DNA of 62,406 bases, filler included, from Basidiobolus ranarum (lineage: Eukaryota), in NCBI GenBank assembly GCA_040143965.1. It is 30 parts of 30 records of this genome, joined end to end, with 100 filler letters (N's around TTAATTAATTAA, not from the genome) between each part and the next. Parts side by side here need not be neighbours in the genome. Positions count along the whole stretch, not along the records: positions 60,435 to 62,406 come from JASJQH010003992.1; 29 more parts are not named here. One strand, 5' to 3'. Within the stretch, counting starts at the first letter, position 1; every line of letters starts with the position of its first letter. Both the position numbers and the translations under genes were made by a program. The notes beneath the pieces were generated by a model, which worked only from the letters and a program-made list of their open reading frames with translations, made no database searches and had not been told where the DNA came from. This document shows positions 60,435 to 62,406 of the stretch, in pieces.

Positions 60435-62406
60435 AAGGTTGAATCTGTTCTGTCTTGGGATATTCCCAAGAATATGAAGGATGTCCAATCTTTCATTGGA
60501 TTTGCAAACTTTTACCAACAGTTTGTCAAGAACTACTCCAAAATATCTGCTCCATTACAAGCCTTAAAAAGAAAGAACTCCCATATGACTGGAACCCATC
60601 TTTCCAACAAGCATCTTTAACTTTAAAGAGTGCTTTTACCTCAGCACCAATCCTGGCGCATCCCAAGCTAGACAAGCCATTTATTGTTGAAACTGATGCA
60701 TCCGACTTTGCTCTAGGAGCAGTGCTATCACAGTTTGATGATGACAACTTACTGCACCCTGTTGCCTTTTACTCAAGAAAGTTCTCTGCCACAGAACTCA
60801 ACTATGACATCTATGACAAGGAACTATTAGCAATTATTGATGCATTTGAACAATATTGACAATACTTGGATGGAGCAAATCAAAAAATCATCGCTTATTG
60901 TGATCATAAGAAACTTCAGTATCTTAGTTCAACCAAAGTTCTCAACCATTGTCAAGCAAGATGGTCATTATTTCTTGCCAGTTTTGATTTTGTGATTACA
61001 TATCAGCCAGGTAGCCAGCAAGAAAAACCTGATGCCTTATCACATAGAGCAGAATATAAGCTTAAAGAAGGGGATGAGGCCTTTGGCCAACAAAATATTT
61101 CCTTACTGAAGGCCCACCAACTTCAAATTAGCACAACTGCCCTTTCTCCGCCTAGTTCAAGCACATTCCATGAAGACATCTGCAAACTACAATCTGAAGA
61201 CCCATTGGTAATATCAATCAAGAAAGCCCAGGAAGCACCCAAAGACTTCTCAAGCTTGAACTTGTACTGCCATTTCTCTATCATCAATGATCTCTTGTTT
61301 TATAAGAAGCACCTTTACATTCCAGACCACACTTCCAGACTCAAAATCATGCAGGAAAGACATGACTCACCACTTGCAGGACACTTTGGTGTTGCCAAAT
61401 CACATATGTTGGCATCCAGGGATTATTGGTAGCCCAAAATGCTTGCATTTATCAAAACCTATGTTTCCATCTATGATACTTGTGCTCAAGAAAAGACTCC
61501 AGGACATCAGCCCTATTGCATCCTACAGCCACTTCCAATTCCTGATCAGCAGTGGAAGTCCATATCCCTGGATCTCATAACTGATCTACCTTTGTCCACC
61601 AAATATGATTCAATTCTGGTAGTTGTTGATCATCCAACAAAGATGGCCCAATTTGTGCCCTGCAACAAGTCAATTGATGCAAATCAAACAGCAGAATTGG
61701 TATCTCAAAGCATCTTCCACCTACATGGACTCTCTAAAACTATCATCTCTGACCAAGGACCTTGATTTGCTTCCAAATTCTGGAAAAGTCTCCTCCATAC
61801 CTTGGGTATCTCTACCAATCTCTCCACTGCCTTCCATCCCCAATCTGATGGCCAAACAGAAATAGTCAATCAAGTTTTGGAACAATATTTGCAATGCACT
61901 ATCAAATATAATCAGGATAATTGGACAACACTTTTGCCTCCTGCTGAATTTACTTACAACAACTCTTATCATACCTCAACAAAGCAAACTCCTTTCTTTG
62001 CAAATTATGGGTTCCATCCTTGTTTCACAATTCACCCGCCATCCAATCAACCTTGCCATGCTGCCTCAGACCATGCCACTTTCCTTACGGACATCCCTAA
62101 ATAATTAATATCTGAGTTGGAGCATTCTCAATCCCAATACAAGAACTTTGCTGATAAGAAAAGAAAGCCAAGCCCAGATCTCAAGCCAGGAGATTATGCT
62201 TGGCTACTCTGGAAAAATATCAAAACCACTAGACCTTGTGATAAATTTGATCATAAAAGACTAGGGCCTTTTAAGATTATTAAGCAAATCAATTTAGTAG
62301 CCTTCTGCCTTGAACTCCCAGCCCATTTCAAAGTCCACAATGTATTCCATGTGTCTCTCTTAGAGCCACATGCCAGAAACACCTTCCAGGGCCAATCCAT
62401 TGACCC
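60435..62406 (+). mobile_element. Gypsy chromovirus pol: RT end, RNase H and integrase, decayed
   Basis: FIGFANFY, ETDASDFALGAVL, YDIYDKELLAI, HDSPLAGHFG, FHPQSDGQTE; same family as 11230-12450. Confidence 0.96.

Overview
This window is not one locus. It is 30 short contigs (about 1.95-2.0 kb each) joined by artificial N-TTAATTAATTAA-N spacers, so adjacency across spacers means nothing. The DNA is eukaryotic: AT-rich, short GT-AG introns and fungal-type genes, most consistent with a repeat-rich early-diverging fungus (inference). About two thirds is decayed, nested, CpG-depleted transposon sequence. This includes at least 3-4 Ty1/Copia families with half-tRNAi(Met)-type primer sites, a Ty3/Gypsy chromovirus, a CMC/CACTA family with CCCTA termini and two divergent genes, and weaker Harbinger-, hAT- and Crypton-like remnants. 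Host genes: RPL6 (partial), NHP2, NAP1 (3' end), a 4-exon mitoribosomal mS34 gene not resolved by the ORF track, a PHO89-type phosphate symporter, a subtilisin, an alpha/beta hydrolase, a divergent HSF-domain gene and a Kre9-like Ig-fold gene with one in-frame TAG. The best finding is at 53702-53877: a cloverleaf tRNA-like leader (A and B boxes) running without a terminator into a box C/D snoRNA whose guide matches the snR52/U83 site of 18S rRNA, ending in a T5 Pol III terminator. A second tRNA-like module (4281-4353), preceded by a possible decayed hammerhead remnant, abuts a Copia RT.
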